Below are positions 54,693 to 64,000 of a DNA stretch of 64,000 nucleotides, piece by piece. Each line of letters begins with the position of its first letter. Position 1 is the stretch's first letter. The notes below the pieces were generated by a model. The model did no database searches and was not told the DNA's origin. It saw nothing but the letters and a program-made list of their open reading frames with translations. Made by a program: the position numbers and the translations under genes. This DNA comes from Minisyncoccota bacterium (GTDB lineage Bacteria; Patescibacteriota; Microgenomatia; UBA1400; UBA12028): the NCBI GenBank assembly GCA_016211945.1, contig JACRHV010000011.1:787-64786 (forward strand), read 5' to 3'.

Positions 54693-56498
54693 ATGCACAC
54701 AACGGTACTGTACATGAAAGATTCATATCTTCGCGCCACATCTGCAACTATCGCAGAAATCGGCACCGAGGGCTCAACGACCACGGTCGTGCTTGACCAA
54801 ACAGTGATGTACGCGCAAGGAGGAGGACAACCTTCTGATCGCGGCATGATTCGAGGAAAAAACGGGTTGCTTTCGGTTTCGCATGTTTCATATAACGGCG
54901 GTGCGATTAAACATCTTGGAAAATTAACCGGCGAACTTCATGTTGGTGAGACCGTTGAGGTCGAGGTGGACTGGAATGTGCGGTATCGAAACATGCAGAT
55001 GCATACCGCGGGACACATTGTTGATCTTGCAATTAAGCACGTCGCTCCTGAGGCAACCGCCGTAGATGGTGTTCATGGCATAGGGAAAAAACTTCACATT
55101 GAGTACAGCACCTTGATTGAGCCTCGCTTACTTCAAACAATTCAAAAAGAAACCACGGCGCTCATCGAAAAAAATCTTCCTATTCATCTTGAAATGGTTA
55201 CTAGACAGCAACTGGACGAAAAGCGCATTCCACTCCCATTTGATCTGCCAAAAAATAAAGAGCTTCGCATTATGTCAATTGGCGACTCAACACCGATGCC
55301 GGATGGAGGAACACAACTACATACAACTGGCGAGTCGTGGCCCATCATTGTCACGGACATTGTACGCAATAACGGGCATACATTTGTGCAATATACGATG
55401 CAGGAACCTGTAAAAAACGTTCTCAAACAAAAAGATGAGAGAGCTATGAGCGAGTCTTCATTAAACATTGATGATCTCGCTCAATCTATTGAGCGCGAGG
55501 CACAACACGATGTAAAAGTTCTTTCTGCTGATCAATTTCAGACAACATATCTCGCAAAAAAAGGAAAGCTATCTCACCTGATGGATGAGCTCAAAACAGT
55601 TTCACTTGAAGAAAAAAAGAGTGCGGGACAACGAGCAAATGCATTGAAACACACCCTGGAAGCTCTTCTGCTTACGTATGATTCACAGAAAAAAAATAGT
55701 GAAGTGATTGACATGACCATTCCTGGAATACAGCCGAAAGTCGGCCATGTTCATCCCATCTCTCAAGCCATGCATGAAATTACTCGAATATTTGAAAAGA
55801 TTGGATTTATCCGAGTTCGCTACCCAGAAGTTGACTGGGAATGGTATCCATTTGACTCGCTCAATATGCCAAAAGATCACCCTGCTCGTGATGAATGGGA
55901 GACATTTCTTGTTCAAAGTGACTATGTTCATCCTATATTAGGTAAAATGGTACTCACTCCTCATACTTCTAATGGACAGGTCCGTGAGATGCAAAGATTG
56001 CACAGCACACCACCAATCCGCATGATCAACATTGCGCGATGCTATCGAAGACAGGCGGATGTAACACATACAGAGATGTTCCATCAATTCGAAGGCCTCG
56101 TTGTTGATAAAGGCATCACCATTCAACATCTCAAGGGAACTATTGATCATTTTGCTCGTGAGTTCTACGGTCCTCACGCGACGTCCCGCATTCGCCCTTT
56201 CCATTTCCAGTTTACTGAACCGTCATTTGAGGTGGATTTTTCATGCAGCATTTGCGATGGCACGGGTAAACTTAACGGCGACAAGTGCCGTTTTTGCAAG
56301 TCGGGTTGGCACGAAGTCGGTGGAGCCGGAATGGTCCATCCCAATGTGTTGAAAGCGGGTGGCATCGATCCTGAACAATATACAGGATTTGCATTCGGGT
56401 GGGGTATTGAACGGACGTACACCCTCCGTGAAGGATTAAAACTTGATGACATTCGCTTGTTATATAGCGGAGATATGCGATTTCTGGAGCAGTTTTAA
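54693..56498 (+). CDS. pheS: Phenylalanyl-tRNA synthetase alpha subunit carrying an N-terminal ~250-aa AlaX/ThrRS-N2-like (tRNA_SAD-type) editing-domain homolog
   Basis: The N-terminus VVLDQTVMYAQGGGQPSDRGMI...VEVDWNVRYRNMQMHTAGHIV...MPDGGTQLHTTGE follows the AlaX pattern (LDrTiFYPegGGQpxDxG ... DWxrRxxxMxxHTAxH ... CGGTH). The C-terminus carries PheS class II motifs (DHPARDEWETF, LTPHTS, RCYRRQADVTHTEMFHQFEG, GWHEVGGAGMVHPNVL, AFGWGIERT). Confidence 0.8.
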   Translation: MHTTVLYMKDSYLRATSATIAEIGTEGSTTTVVLDQTVMYAQGGGQPSDRGMIRGKNGLLSVSHVSYNGGAIKHLGKLTGELHVGETVEVEVDWNVRYRNMQMHTAGHIVDLAIKHVAPEATAVDGVHGIGKKLHIEYSTLIEPRLLQTIQKETTALIEKNLPIHLEMVTRQQLDEKRIPLPFDLPKNKELRIMSIGDSTPMPDGGTQLHTTGESWPIIVTDIVRNNGHTFVQYTMQEPVKNVLKQKDERAMSESSLNIDDLAQSIEREAQHDVKVLSADQFQTTYLAKKGKLSHLMDELKTVSLEEKKSAGQRANALKHTLEALLLTYDSQKKNSEVIDMTIPGIQPKVGHVHPISQAMHEITRIFEKIGFIRVRYPEVDWEWYPFDSLNMPKDHPARDEWETFLVQSDYVHPILGKMVLTPHTSNGQVREMQRLHSTPPIRMINIARCYRRQADVTHTEMFHQFEGLVVDKGITIQHLKGTIDHFAREFYGPHATSRIRPFHFQFTEPSFEVDFSCSICDGTGKLNGDKCRFCKSGWHEVGGAGMVHPNVLKAGGIDPEQYTGFAFGWGIERTYTLREGLKLDDIRLLYSGDMRFLEQF

Positions 56499-56510
56499 AG
56501 GAGTTTTCAT

Positions 56511-58472
56511 ATGAACATTTACGTTCCTCATTTTTGGCTTGCAGATCATCTTGAAACAGACGTATCTCCGGAAGATTTACAAAAACACCTCTCATTACGT
56601 GGTCCATCAATAGAACGAATAGAGGATAAATTTGGCGATCGTGTGTATGAGATCGAGATAACTACGAATCGAATGGATACTGCCTCGGTACGAGGTGTTG
56701 CGAGAGAAGCGAGTGTCATCCTCCCACAAGCGCATATTCCCGCGAAGTTAAAGTCACTAAAAATGTTTAAGCCCGGGACGAGACAAATTACTCACGATCC
56801 TCAAGATTTTCCTTTAAACATTCAAGTTGACCACAAATTATGTCCACGTGTAACGTGTGTTATTCTTCGTGTGAAAAAAGGGCAATCCCCAACATGGTTG
56901 AGTACAAGACTTGAACAAGTTGGTATACGATCTCTTGATAATATTATCGACATCACAAACTATGTGATGACAGAGATTGGCCAACCTACACATGCGTTTG
57001 ATGCTGATCGGGTCGGAAAAACATTAGTGATACGCCCCTCAAAAAAAGGTGAAATGCTCGTCACCCTTGACGGAAAAAGACACACATTACCCGGAGGTGA
57101 CATTGTTATTGACAATGGAAAAGGCGAGATTACTGATTTGATTGGTATTATGGGAACAGCCAACAGTGTCGTGCAACAAGACACAACACGTATTCTTTTC
57201 TTTATCGAGCACGCTGATCCTGCTCGCATCAGAAAAACATCAATGGGCTTGGCAATTCGGACAAATGCTGCACAACTTAACGAAAAAATGCTCGATCCAA
57301 ACCTTGTGATGGATGCTCTGCTACGCGGAATTGCGTTATTTCAAGAAGTCGCTGATGCTGAACTGGAATCACCAATTCTTGATCTTTATCCACAGCCTGT
57401 TCAAGAGCAAGTTATTTCGTTTCCTCTGGCAAAAACACATGAATATCTTGGTATAGATATTTCGTCAAAAGTGCAGAAGAATATTTTGGAAGGTTTGGGG
57501 TGCCAAATTACACACAAAAAAGATGTGTTCAGTATTACCGTTCCAACTTTCCGTCCAGATCTTGAAATTCCTGTTGATATCGTTGAAGAGATTGCGCGTA
57601 TATACGGATATCACAATCTTCCAAGTACACTTATGGACACGCGACTTCCAACTGCGTATCCAGAAGATACAAACTTCACCCTAGAACACGACATGAAGCA
57701 ATTCCTTGCCGCTTTAGGTTGGCAGGAAGTCTATACATATTCCGCCGTCAGTAAAAACTTGGCCGAACAATCAGGAAAGTCGGCAGAAAAACATATAAAA
57801 CTACAAAATCAGCTCAATGATGACCACGTGTATCTTCGACAGTCGCTCGTTCCGTCACACGAAGAAATTATCGCGAATAACCGTCATCTTCAAGATCTTT
57901 CTCTTTTCGAGCTCGCAAACGTGTACATTCCGCGAGAAAAAGATTTGCCTTTGGAGGATTTGAGACTTACGCTTACCTCGACTTTACCGTATCGCGTTGT
58001 AAAGGGACATGGCGAGGCTTTGCTTGCACATCTTTTTATTCCTACCTCCTTGACCGAATGGAAACAAACAGACGATCGCCACGCAGAGATTCTTGTTGAC
58101 GGCAAACAGATTGGTTCAATCATTCATGGAAATGGTCATACCGTCGTTGGATTTGTATGGAAGGCATTGCTACGCGTTGCACAAACACATCCGACGTATA
58201 CGCCAATTTCACCATACTCACCAATTGTTGAGGACCTAACTTTTACTATTCCCGATGGCGCGAGAGTGGGAGATATTGTGAGAGAACTGCAACACCTTCA
58301 TATTATTATTCAATCTGTCGATGTGAAGGATATGTATAAAAAGAATGTGACGTTCTCAATAAAATATCTCCGCACAGATCAGCAGATTGCTACAGGAGAT
58401 GTGGAGCCTGTACGAAAACAGATCGTGCAGTATATGATTGATAAGAAGGCAAAACTCATTGGAGAGATATAA
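56511..58472 (+). CDS. pheT: Phenylalanyl-tRNA synthetase beta subunit (short form without the N-terminal EMAP/tRNA-binding domain)
   Basis: B3/B4 domain NIIDITNYVMTEIGQPTHAFDADRV; 653 aa versus ~795 for E. coli; follows pheS. Confidence 0.85.
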   Translation: MNIYVPHFWLADHLETDVSPEDLQKHLSLRGPSIERIEDKFGDRVYEIEITTNRMDTASVRGVAREASVILPQAHIPAKLKSLKMFKPGTRQITHDPQDFPLNIQVDHKLCPRVTCVILRVKKGQSPTWLSTRLEQVGIRSLDNIIDITNYVMTEIGQPTHAFDADRVGKTLVIRPSKKGEMLVTLDGKRHTLPGGDIVIDNGKGEITDLIGIMGTANSVVQQDTTRILFFIEHADPARIRKTSMGLAIRTNAAQLNEKMLDPNLVMDALLRGIALFQEVADAELESPILDLYPQPVQEQVISFPLAKTHEYLGIDISSKVQKNILEGLGCQITHKKDVFSITVPTFRPDLEIPVDIVEEIARIYGYHNLPSTLMDTRLPTAYPEDTNFTLEHDMKQFLAALGWQEVYTYSAVSKNLAEQSGKSAEKHIKLQNQLNDDHVYLRQSLVPSHEEIIANNRHLQDLSLFELANVYIPREKDLPLEDLRLTLTSTLPYRVVKGHGEALLAHLFIPTSLTEWKQTDDRHAEILVDGKQIGSIIHGNGHTVVGFVWKALLRVAQTHPTYTPISPYSPIVEDLTFTIPDGARVGDIVRELQHLHIIIQSVDVKDMYKKNVTFSIKYLRTDQQIATGDVEPVRKQIVQYMIDKKAKLIGEI

Positions 58473-58481
58473 GGAGGGGTT

Positions 58482-58826
58482 ATGAATAAAAGAAAATTTG
58501 GCGAAACATTATTGCTTGCATCTCGATTGACTCCCGATCAAAAAGGCGAGATTACTCTTGAGGTTCAAAACCGTAGTTTACTTGCTGGCGGAGCGTTCCA
58601 ATGCTTACACGATTTTCTTTGTATTACAGGAGAGGTTAATGCGGATCAAATTAAGGCAATCGTTGAAAATGAAGCCGCTTCAGCAATTGATGCGGCATTA
58701 GTAGCTGCTATGGGAGCGTTGAGTATAACGACACATGGGGATATGGGAACAAGGGCAGGAGCTCGACCAATGGGACTGGGTGTACAAAGACCATCAAATG
58801 GGAGAAGACAGTCCTATAGTCCATGA
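58482..58826 (+). CDS. Hypothetical small protein
   Basis: 114-aa ORF between pheT and ruvC; its stop overlaps the ruvC start. Confidence 0.3.
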   Translation: MNKRKFGETLLLASRLTPDQKGEITLEVQNRSLLAGGAFQCLHDFLCITGEVNADQIKAIVENEAASAIDAALVAAMGALSITTHGDMGTRAGARPMGLGVQRPSNGRRQSYSP

Positions 58827-59326
58827 AAAATATCACTCTCCTCGGTATCGATCCCGGCTATGACCGCCTTGGTTGGTGTGTTCTTCACATATCCGGTCAA
58901 AAAAATCAAATTATCGCGTCTGGTTGTATAGAAACAAATAAATCGGATACAATTTTCGCTCGATACCTTGCTATTGATACAGAACTCTCCACTATGATCA
59001 AAACCTACCATCCAACCGAATGCGGCATAGAAACACTCTTCTTTACAAAAAATGCAAAAACCGTGATGAAGGTAAGCGAGGTTCGCGGAGTTGTGATCAG
59101 CTGCCTCTTGCGCCGTGGGATAGAAGTCTTCGATTACACCCCCATGCAGATCAAGTCTGCGATCACTGGAAATGGAAGGGCGGGGAAACCAGAGGTCGAG
59201 CAAATGATCACGCTCTTGACAAGATGCGAAAAACTACCGAAACTAGATGATGAGGTTGATGCGATCGCGACGGCCCTCTGTCATGGAGTCAGCCGAGCAG
59301 TTCGTGTGCGTACTCGTTCATTATGA
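58823..59326 (+). CDS. ruvC: Holliday junction resolvase RuvC
   Basis: LLGIDPGYDRLGWCVL...IETLFFTKNAKTVMKVSEVRGV is the RNase-H-fold RuvC pattern. Confidence 0.85.
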   Translation: MKNITLLGIDPGYDRLGWCVLHISGQKNQIIASGCIETNKSDTIFARYLAIDTELSTMIKTYHPTECGIETLFFTKNAKTVMKVSEVRGVVISCLLRRGIEVFDYTPMQIKSAITGNGRAGKPEVEQMITLLTRCEKLPKLDDEVDAIATALCHGVSRAVRVRTRSL

Positions 59327-59895
59327 TTTCAATGCTCATTGGTACACCATTGCTTCAGGGAAACGAACTCACGGTTTTGTGTGGCGGTGTTGGATATGCG
59401 GTAGCAGTGAATCTTCATACGCTTCGCACACTTTCTCCAAACCAAAAAGATGTAACGCTTTATGTTCACACGCACGTTCGCGAAGACGTGCTCGATCTTT
59501 TTGGTTTTCTTTCATCAGAGGAAAAACGTATGTTTGAGATGCTTCTTACTGTTTCCGGAGTGGGCCCAAAAACCGCACTCGCGGTGACTGATGCTTCGCC
59601 TCCAGCGATTCGGAAGGCAATTGAGGATGGCGATGTTTCGTTCTTTTCAGCATTTCCACGTGTTGGGAAAAAACTCGCACAAAAAATAATTATTGAGTTA
59701 AAGCCAAAAATAGGCAGTCTGCATGATCTTGACTTAACCACCGCAACCGGCCAAACAGGTGAAGTACGGCAAGCACTTGAAACTCTTGGATACACTGATA
59801 ACGACATTCGCAAAGCACTTCAGTCAATTGAAGTAGAGACTTTACCATTACAAAGTGCCATAAAAGAAAGCATTCGATTCTTGAGTAAATCATGA
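59323..59895 (+). CDS. ruvA: Holliday junction branch-migration protein RuvA
   Basis: [25 protein letters not shown]...[15 protein letters not shown] (HhH). Confidence 0.85.
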   Translation: MISMLIGTPLLQGNELTVLCGGVGYAVAVNLHTLRTLSPNQKDVTLYVHTHVREDVLDLFGFLSSEEKRMFEMLLTVSGVGPKTALAVTDASPPAIRKAIEDGDVSFFSAFPRVGKKLAQKIIIELKPKIGSLHDLDLTTATGQTGEVRQALETLGYTDNDIRKALQSIEVETLPLQSAIKESIRFLSKS

Positions 59896-60911
59896 AAAAC
59901 ATACAATCCGTACCACCAGTTTTTGAAGCAACGCCGGAAGAAGAGGTACTTTTTACTTCACTCCGTGCGGCAACATGGGATGATTTTTTTGGGCAGGAAC
60001 AGATTAAAGAGTCGCTCAAAATTGCAATCACCGCGGCAAAACAACGCAAAGAACCAGTGGATCATACACTGTTTTACGGACCTCCTTGTCTTGGGAAAAC
60101 AACACTTTCGCACCTCATCGCAAAAGAAATGCAAAGTAATATTCGAATGACTTCTGGAACAGCGCTGTCAAAAGTGGGTGATTTAGCCGCGATTTTAACA
60201 AACCTTGAACCAAACGATGTGCTTTTCATTGATGAAATACATCGTTTACCAAAAGCGGTGGAGGAAACACTCTATCCAGCGATGGAGGACTACGCACTTG
60301 ATATTGTGATTGGGAAAGGCCCTTCGGCGCGCACCATTCGACTTGACTTGCCAAAGTTTACGCTCGTTGGAGCAACAACACGCTTTGGGTTGTTAAGCGG
60401 TCCATTCCGCGACCGGTTCGGTGTGATTCACCGGTTAGAATACTACTCGCCGGAAAAACTCGTAACAATTTTACATACCGCCGCGAAAAAGTTGGTCGTT
60501 GAGATCGATCGCGACAGCCTTCACGAACTCGCGAATCGTTCTCGTGGTACACCACGCATCGCACTCAAGTTGCTCAAACGTGTGCGTGACTATGCGCAAG
60601 TAAAAAACGGCGGAAAAGTGACACTTGAAAATCTACATAAAGCGCTTGATCTTCTTCAACTCGATGTGCTCGGTCTTGACCATTCTGACCGCCGTTTATT
60701 AGAAACGATGATAAAAAAGTACAACGGTGGCCCTGTTGGCATAGCAACACTGGCGGCCTCACTGAATGAAGATCCCGGGACATTGGAAGAAGTTGTTGAG
60801 CCATATTTGTTGCAAGTTGGATTTATCAAACGTACACCACAGGGAAGGGTTGCAACGGAGCACGCCTATCATCATCTCAAGATGCAGATGCCGAAAAAGG
60901 AAAAAGTATGA
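59892..60911 (+). CDS. ruvB: Holliday junction ATP-dependent helicase RuvB
   Basis: [21 protein letters not shown] (Walker A), [10 protein letters not shown] (Walker B), [16 protein letters not shown]. Confidence 0.9.
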   Translation: MKNIQSVPPVFEATPEEEVLFTSLRAATWDDFFGQEQIKESLKIAITAAKQRKEPVDHTLFYGPPCLGKTTLSHLIAKEMQSNIRMTSGTALSKVGDLAAILTNLEPNDVLFIDEIHRLPKAVEETLYPAMEDYALDIVIGKGPSARTIRLDLPKFTLVGATTRFGLLSGPFRDRFGVIHRLEYYSPEKLVTILHTAAKKLVVEIDRDSLHELANRSRGTPRIALKLLKRVRDYAQVKNGGKVTLENLHKALDLLQLDVLGLDHSDRRLLETMIKKYNGGPVGIATLAASLNEDPGTLEEVVEPYLLQVGFIKRTPQGRVATEHAYHHLKMQMPKKEKV

Positions 60912-61840
60912 CTCTATGTCGTCTTATTGAGATTATTACTCCAAAAAAATATGTTTTGAATGGACTATGGTTTGGTTCTCTGCAAGCAAAAAAAGCGATC
61001 ATTTGTCTCCATGGACTTGGGTCAAACATGTTCTCGAATCACGCATTTCTTCTCCCCCTCGTTCAAGATGATACCGCAGTCCTCGTGTTTAACAATCGCG
61101 GACACGACGACATCGCCTCAATAAAAAAAATTGATCAAAGAAAAAAGAGAGGATTTGTAAAAATAGAGGCGGGTGCAGCAAAAGAGGTTTTTGTGGAATG
61201 TGCCGATGATATTCAAGGTGCAATCAAAACAGCAAAAGCTCAAGGGGCACAACAAGTTTTTCTTCTTGGACATTCAACTGGATGTCAAAAGTCTGTGTAT
61301 TACATGAGCAAAAAACATACTCAATCAGATATCGCTGGTGTTATCTTACTTAGTCCTATGAGCGACTATGCTGGAGCAAAACATCTCACACCGCCAAACG
61401 AACTTGATGTTGCGACTCGCACAGCACAACAGTATGTAAAAAACGGAAAACCACATGACCTCCTTCCATCATCAGTGTGGCCAGAGGTTGTTGATGCACA
61501 ACGATTTCTCAGTCTCTATACTCCAAAAAGCGACGAAGAAGTTTTCTCATATGCACATCCAGAGGATGTACCACATTCACTTCACAGACTTAAAGTACCA
61601 ACACTCGTTGTTCTTGCAGAAAAAGATGAGTATCGGGATCGATCTATAAAAAAAATAGCTACGTGGTTTGCAACACACCTTCATATTTCCAAAGCAAAAG
61701 TTGAGATCATATCTCGGGCAAATCACTCTTTTTTCGGCAATGAATCCGATGTTGTTACGCGGATTCAGTCGTGGATGCGCTTTATTCCTTTTCCGTTGGA
61801 TAGTAAAAACCGCAACAATACGTCAAAGAAAAACGCTTAA
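60908..61840 (+). CDS. Alpha/beta hydrolase (paralog of the ORF at 38506-39390)
   Basis: [11 protein letters not shown] and [18 protein letters not shown] align with VVCIHGMSGN and RIILMGHSLGCNKIIYYY of the paralog. Confidence 0.55.
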   Translation: MTLCRLIEIITPKKYVLNGLWFGSLQAKKAIICLHGLGSNMFSNHAFLLPLVQDDTAVLVFNNRGHDDIASIKKIDQRKKRGFVKIEAGAAKEVFVECADDIQGAIKTAKAQGAQQVFLLGHSTGCQKSVYYMSKKHTQSDIAGVILLSPMSDYAGAKHLTPPNELDVATRTAQQYVKNGKPHDLLPSSVWPEVVDAQRFLSLYTPKSDEEVFSYAHPEDVPHSLHRLKVPTLVVLAEKDEYRDRSIKKIATWFATHLHISKAKVEIISRANHSFFGNESDVVTRIQSWMRFIPFPLDSKNRNNTSKKNA

Positions 61841-64000
61841 GGCGTAGGAGCTGGACTCGGACTGGGGGACGGAGAAGGGGATGGGGTTGGCGATGGCGCT
61901 GGTTCTTCCCAATGCGTCCCGCCCGTTCCAAACTTCACCTCACCCGTTTTTCCTTCTTTACTGTCTTTGCGAATACCCTTTGCATAGAGCGTATATCGTC
62001 CAGTAATCAAACTAAGCGTTGTTTTGTATGGCTTGGATCGCATCGTTTCCTTTAACCCGCCGTTCACCCAAATCTCCACACGATCCATATCACCTTCTGT
62101 TGCCGTTGCCACCTCAACATTAATTGAGGTTCCGGTATAATCTTTTTTATCTTCCGGATTCTTTATGTTAATCCATACCTCATCCTTTGTTTTACAAAAC
62201 TCAATTGGAGGTTTGTATTTTGACTGCTGATCCGCCGCTAAGGAAGCAATCCACTGGTCAATCCCATCCTGCCACCTGTTTTTTCCATCGCGACTAATCG
62301 GATCTTGTTCCTTTAACGTAATAAACTCGCGTTCATCGTACTCACCACGTTGTATATCAACCTCGGTTGCTAATTTCCCTTCACCGCGACACACCTTGAT
62401 TTTAGAATGGATGGGATCGGGAAGTGCTGGCCATGTGTTGGGAATGACGTAGTCAGCATTCTCCACAAAACCATCATGTGTGGGATACCCAGAAATCGCA
62501 TCCACGCGAACTGCCTGTACCCCTGGAGGAACGACCCAGTCATTCGCAGCTCTTCCCAACGTAATAGTCTCGTTCATGATCTTCCGCCAAATTGGAGATG
62601 CGCCCGTTACACCGGAAGCGACATTCGTCATCTCTGAGTTATCGTTGTTTCCAACCCAAACACCAACAATTGTTGATCGAGACCAACCTACGGTCCAGTT
62701 GTCTTTTCTGTTGTTTGTGGTACCGGTTTTCACTGCTACAGCCTTGCCGCCAAAATTCAATAGAGAGTTCACACCAAAAGTGAGTAACCGCGCGTTATTA
62801 TCTGACAACATATGATTTATTAAAAACGATTCCTCTGGAGTCATAACTTGTTTTCCCTGTACCTGTTTTTGCTCAAAAAGAACCTTGCCGTTTTTATCCT
62901 CCACACGCAAAATAGCAACAGGCTGAACACGATATCCACCGTTTGCAAATGCACTGTACGCTGTTGCGGTATCAATGAGGTGAACCTCGCCACCACCCAA
63001 CGTAACGGACAGTCCGAATTTGCGTAGATTTGCTGCAGTTGATTCAAGCGTAACAAAACCCATGTCGTACGCTTGCTGAAGCATGTTGTCTACCCCGACA
63101 AGCGCCAACAACTTCACCGCAGGCAGGTTTAAAGAACTTGCCAAAGCCTGGCGCAAGGATACTGGGCCATGAAACTTTCCATCGTAGTTTTTCGGCTCAT
63201 AGTCTTTTAATCCCTCACCTCCAGGAAAAATTGTTGGCGTGTCCAACACCATACTTGCCGGCGTGTACCCTTTACGCAAGGCCATCAAGTATGTCACCGG
63301 CTTTATCGATGAACCCGGTTGTCTCAAACCATCCACCACAACGTTAAACTGCCCGTCGTAGTCTTTTGCAAAATAGTCCTTACTTCCCACCATAGAGAAA
63401 ATTTCACCCGTATTGGGATCCATAACAATCGCTGCGCCGTTCGTAATGTTGTATTTTTTCACATTTTCAATTTCCTGTGCCACAATGTCCTGTGCTTTTT
63501 CCTGGAACGGCAGATCAAGTGAAGTTGTTACCCGTAGTCCACCTTTTTCCACAAGGTCTTCTCCATACATCTCTTCGAGTTTGTCCTTGACATAAAACAC
63601 GAAGTGCGGGGCCTTAATAGAGAAGGCTTGTTTGGAAAACTTCATGTCCGCAAACTGCGCAATCGCCTCTTTTTCAAGTTCCGGAGAAATGTCTCCATCT
63701 TCGCGCATTCTCCGTAACACACCTTTTGCGCGCACTTGCCATAATGGGGTTCCATCGGTATCATTTTTACCACTGAGTGGGGAGTATGCACTGGGGCGTT
63801 GAGGTAATCCCGCCAACACTGCCGACTCTACAAGCGTCAAATCTTTTACTGGTTTGTTGAAATATACTTCTGATGCCGCACCCACACCCCATGCTGTTCC
63901 ACCATATGGCGCCTCGTTCAAGTACATCTGAAGAATCTGATCTTTGCTAAATCGGCGTTCAATCTCCATAGATAGCACAAGCTCTTTAAACTTCCTCGTG
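61837..64000 (-). CDS. Class A penicillin-binding protein (transglycosylase + transpeptidase), N-terminus beyond the window edge; C-terminal extra domain plus a Pro/Ser/Thr-rich tail
   Basis: Transglycosylase RFSKDQILQMYLNEAPYG and GLPQRPSAYSP; transpeptidase SSIKP and VAVKTGTTNNRKDNW (KTG); C-terminal ...[21 protein letters not shown]. Confidence 0.85.
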   Translation of the reverse strand, partial: TRKFKELVLSMEIERRFSKDQILQMYLNEAPYGGTAWGVGAASEVYFNKPVKDLTLVESAVLAGLPQRPSAYSPLSGKNDTDGTPLWQVRAKGVLRRMREDGDISPELEKEAIAQFADMKFSKQAFSIKAPHFVFYVKDKLEEMYGEDLVEKGGLRVTTSLDLPFQEKAQDIVAQEIENVKKYNITNGAAIVMDPNTGEIFSMVGSKDYFAKDYDGQFNVVVDGLRQPGSSIKPVTYLMALRKGYTPASMVLDTPTIFPGGEGLKDYEPKNYDGKFHGPVSLRQALASSLNLPAVKLLALVGVDNMLQQAYDMGFVTLESTAANLRKFGLSVTLGGGEVHLIDTATAYSAFANGGYRVQPVAILRVEDKNGKVLFEQKQVQGKQVMTPEESFLINHMLSDNNARLLTFGVNSLLNFGGKAVAVKTGTTNNRKDNWTVGWSRSTIVGVWVGNNDNSEMTNVASGVTGASPIWRKIMNETITLGRAANDWVVPPGVQAVRVDAISGYPTHDGFVENADYVIPNTWPALPDPIHSKIKVCRGEGKLATEVDIQRGEYDEREFITLKEQDPISRDGKNRWQDGIDQWIASLAADQQSKYKPPIEFCKTKDEVWINIKNPEDKKDYTGTSINVEVATATEGDMDRVEIWVNGGLKETMRSKPYKTTLSLITGRYTLYAKGIRKDSKEGKTGEVKFGTGGTHWEEPAPSPTPSPSPSPSPSPAPTP

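Noticed and set aside
1-64000. CRISPR arrays, rRNA genes, integrases/transposases
   Set aside because: I scanned for short regularly spaced direct repeats, for 16S/23S/5S-like conserved blocks, and for integrase or transposase motifs (R..H..R..Y, DDE). None were found. The only repeats are the tRNA-His flank duplication, the two paralog pairs and the short Pro/Ser/Thr microsatellite.

Overview
The window reads like a gene-dense, low-GC (~40-45%) stretch of a small bacterial genome, plausibly CPR/Patescibacteria-like; this lineage guess is inference only. It holds about 50 believable CDSs and no rRNA or CRISPR. Sixteen single-copy tRNA genes are scattered through it. Confident housekeeping calls are typA, pyk, efp, greA, dus, thrS, infC-rpmI-rplT, pheS-pheT, ruvC-ruvA-ruvB, msrA-msrB, dinB, a MsbA-like ABC exporter, a csoR-copA-copZ copper operon and a class A PBP that runs off the 3' edge. 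The candidates I rate highest for novelty are: (1) a single ORF fusing a VKOR thiol-quinone oxidoreductase membrane domain to a complete class-2 dihydroorotate dehydrogenase; (2) a PheS whose N-terminal 250 aa look like an AlaX/ThrRS-N2-type editing domain; (3) three endonuclease-like genes (two paralogous HTH + single-motif LAGLIDADG-like, one HNH), each running into the 5' end of a tRNA gene, plus an orphan tRNA 3' half; (4) a DUF4145-like protein with an adjacent unknown 278-aa protein next to tRNA-Gly, as a possible defence locus; (5) an archaeal-type PPAT fused to a DUF359-type dephospho-CoA kinase; (6) a stand-alone Cas4-like Fe-S nuclease. All domain calls come from motif recognition by eye. 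No database search was run, so every family assignment should be checked with HMM searches.
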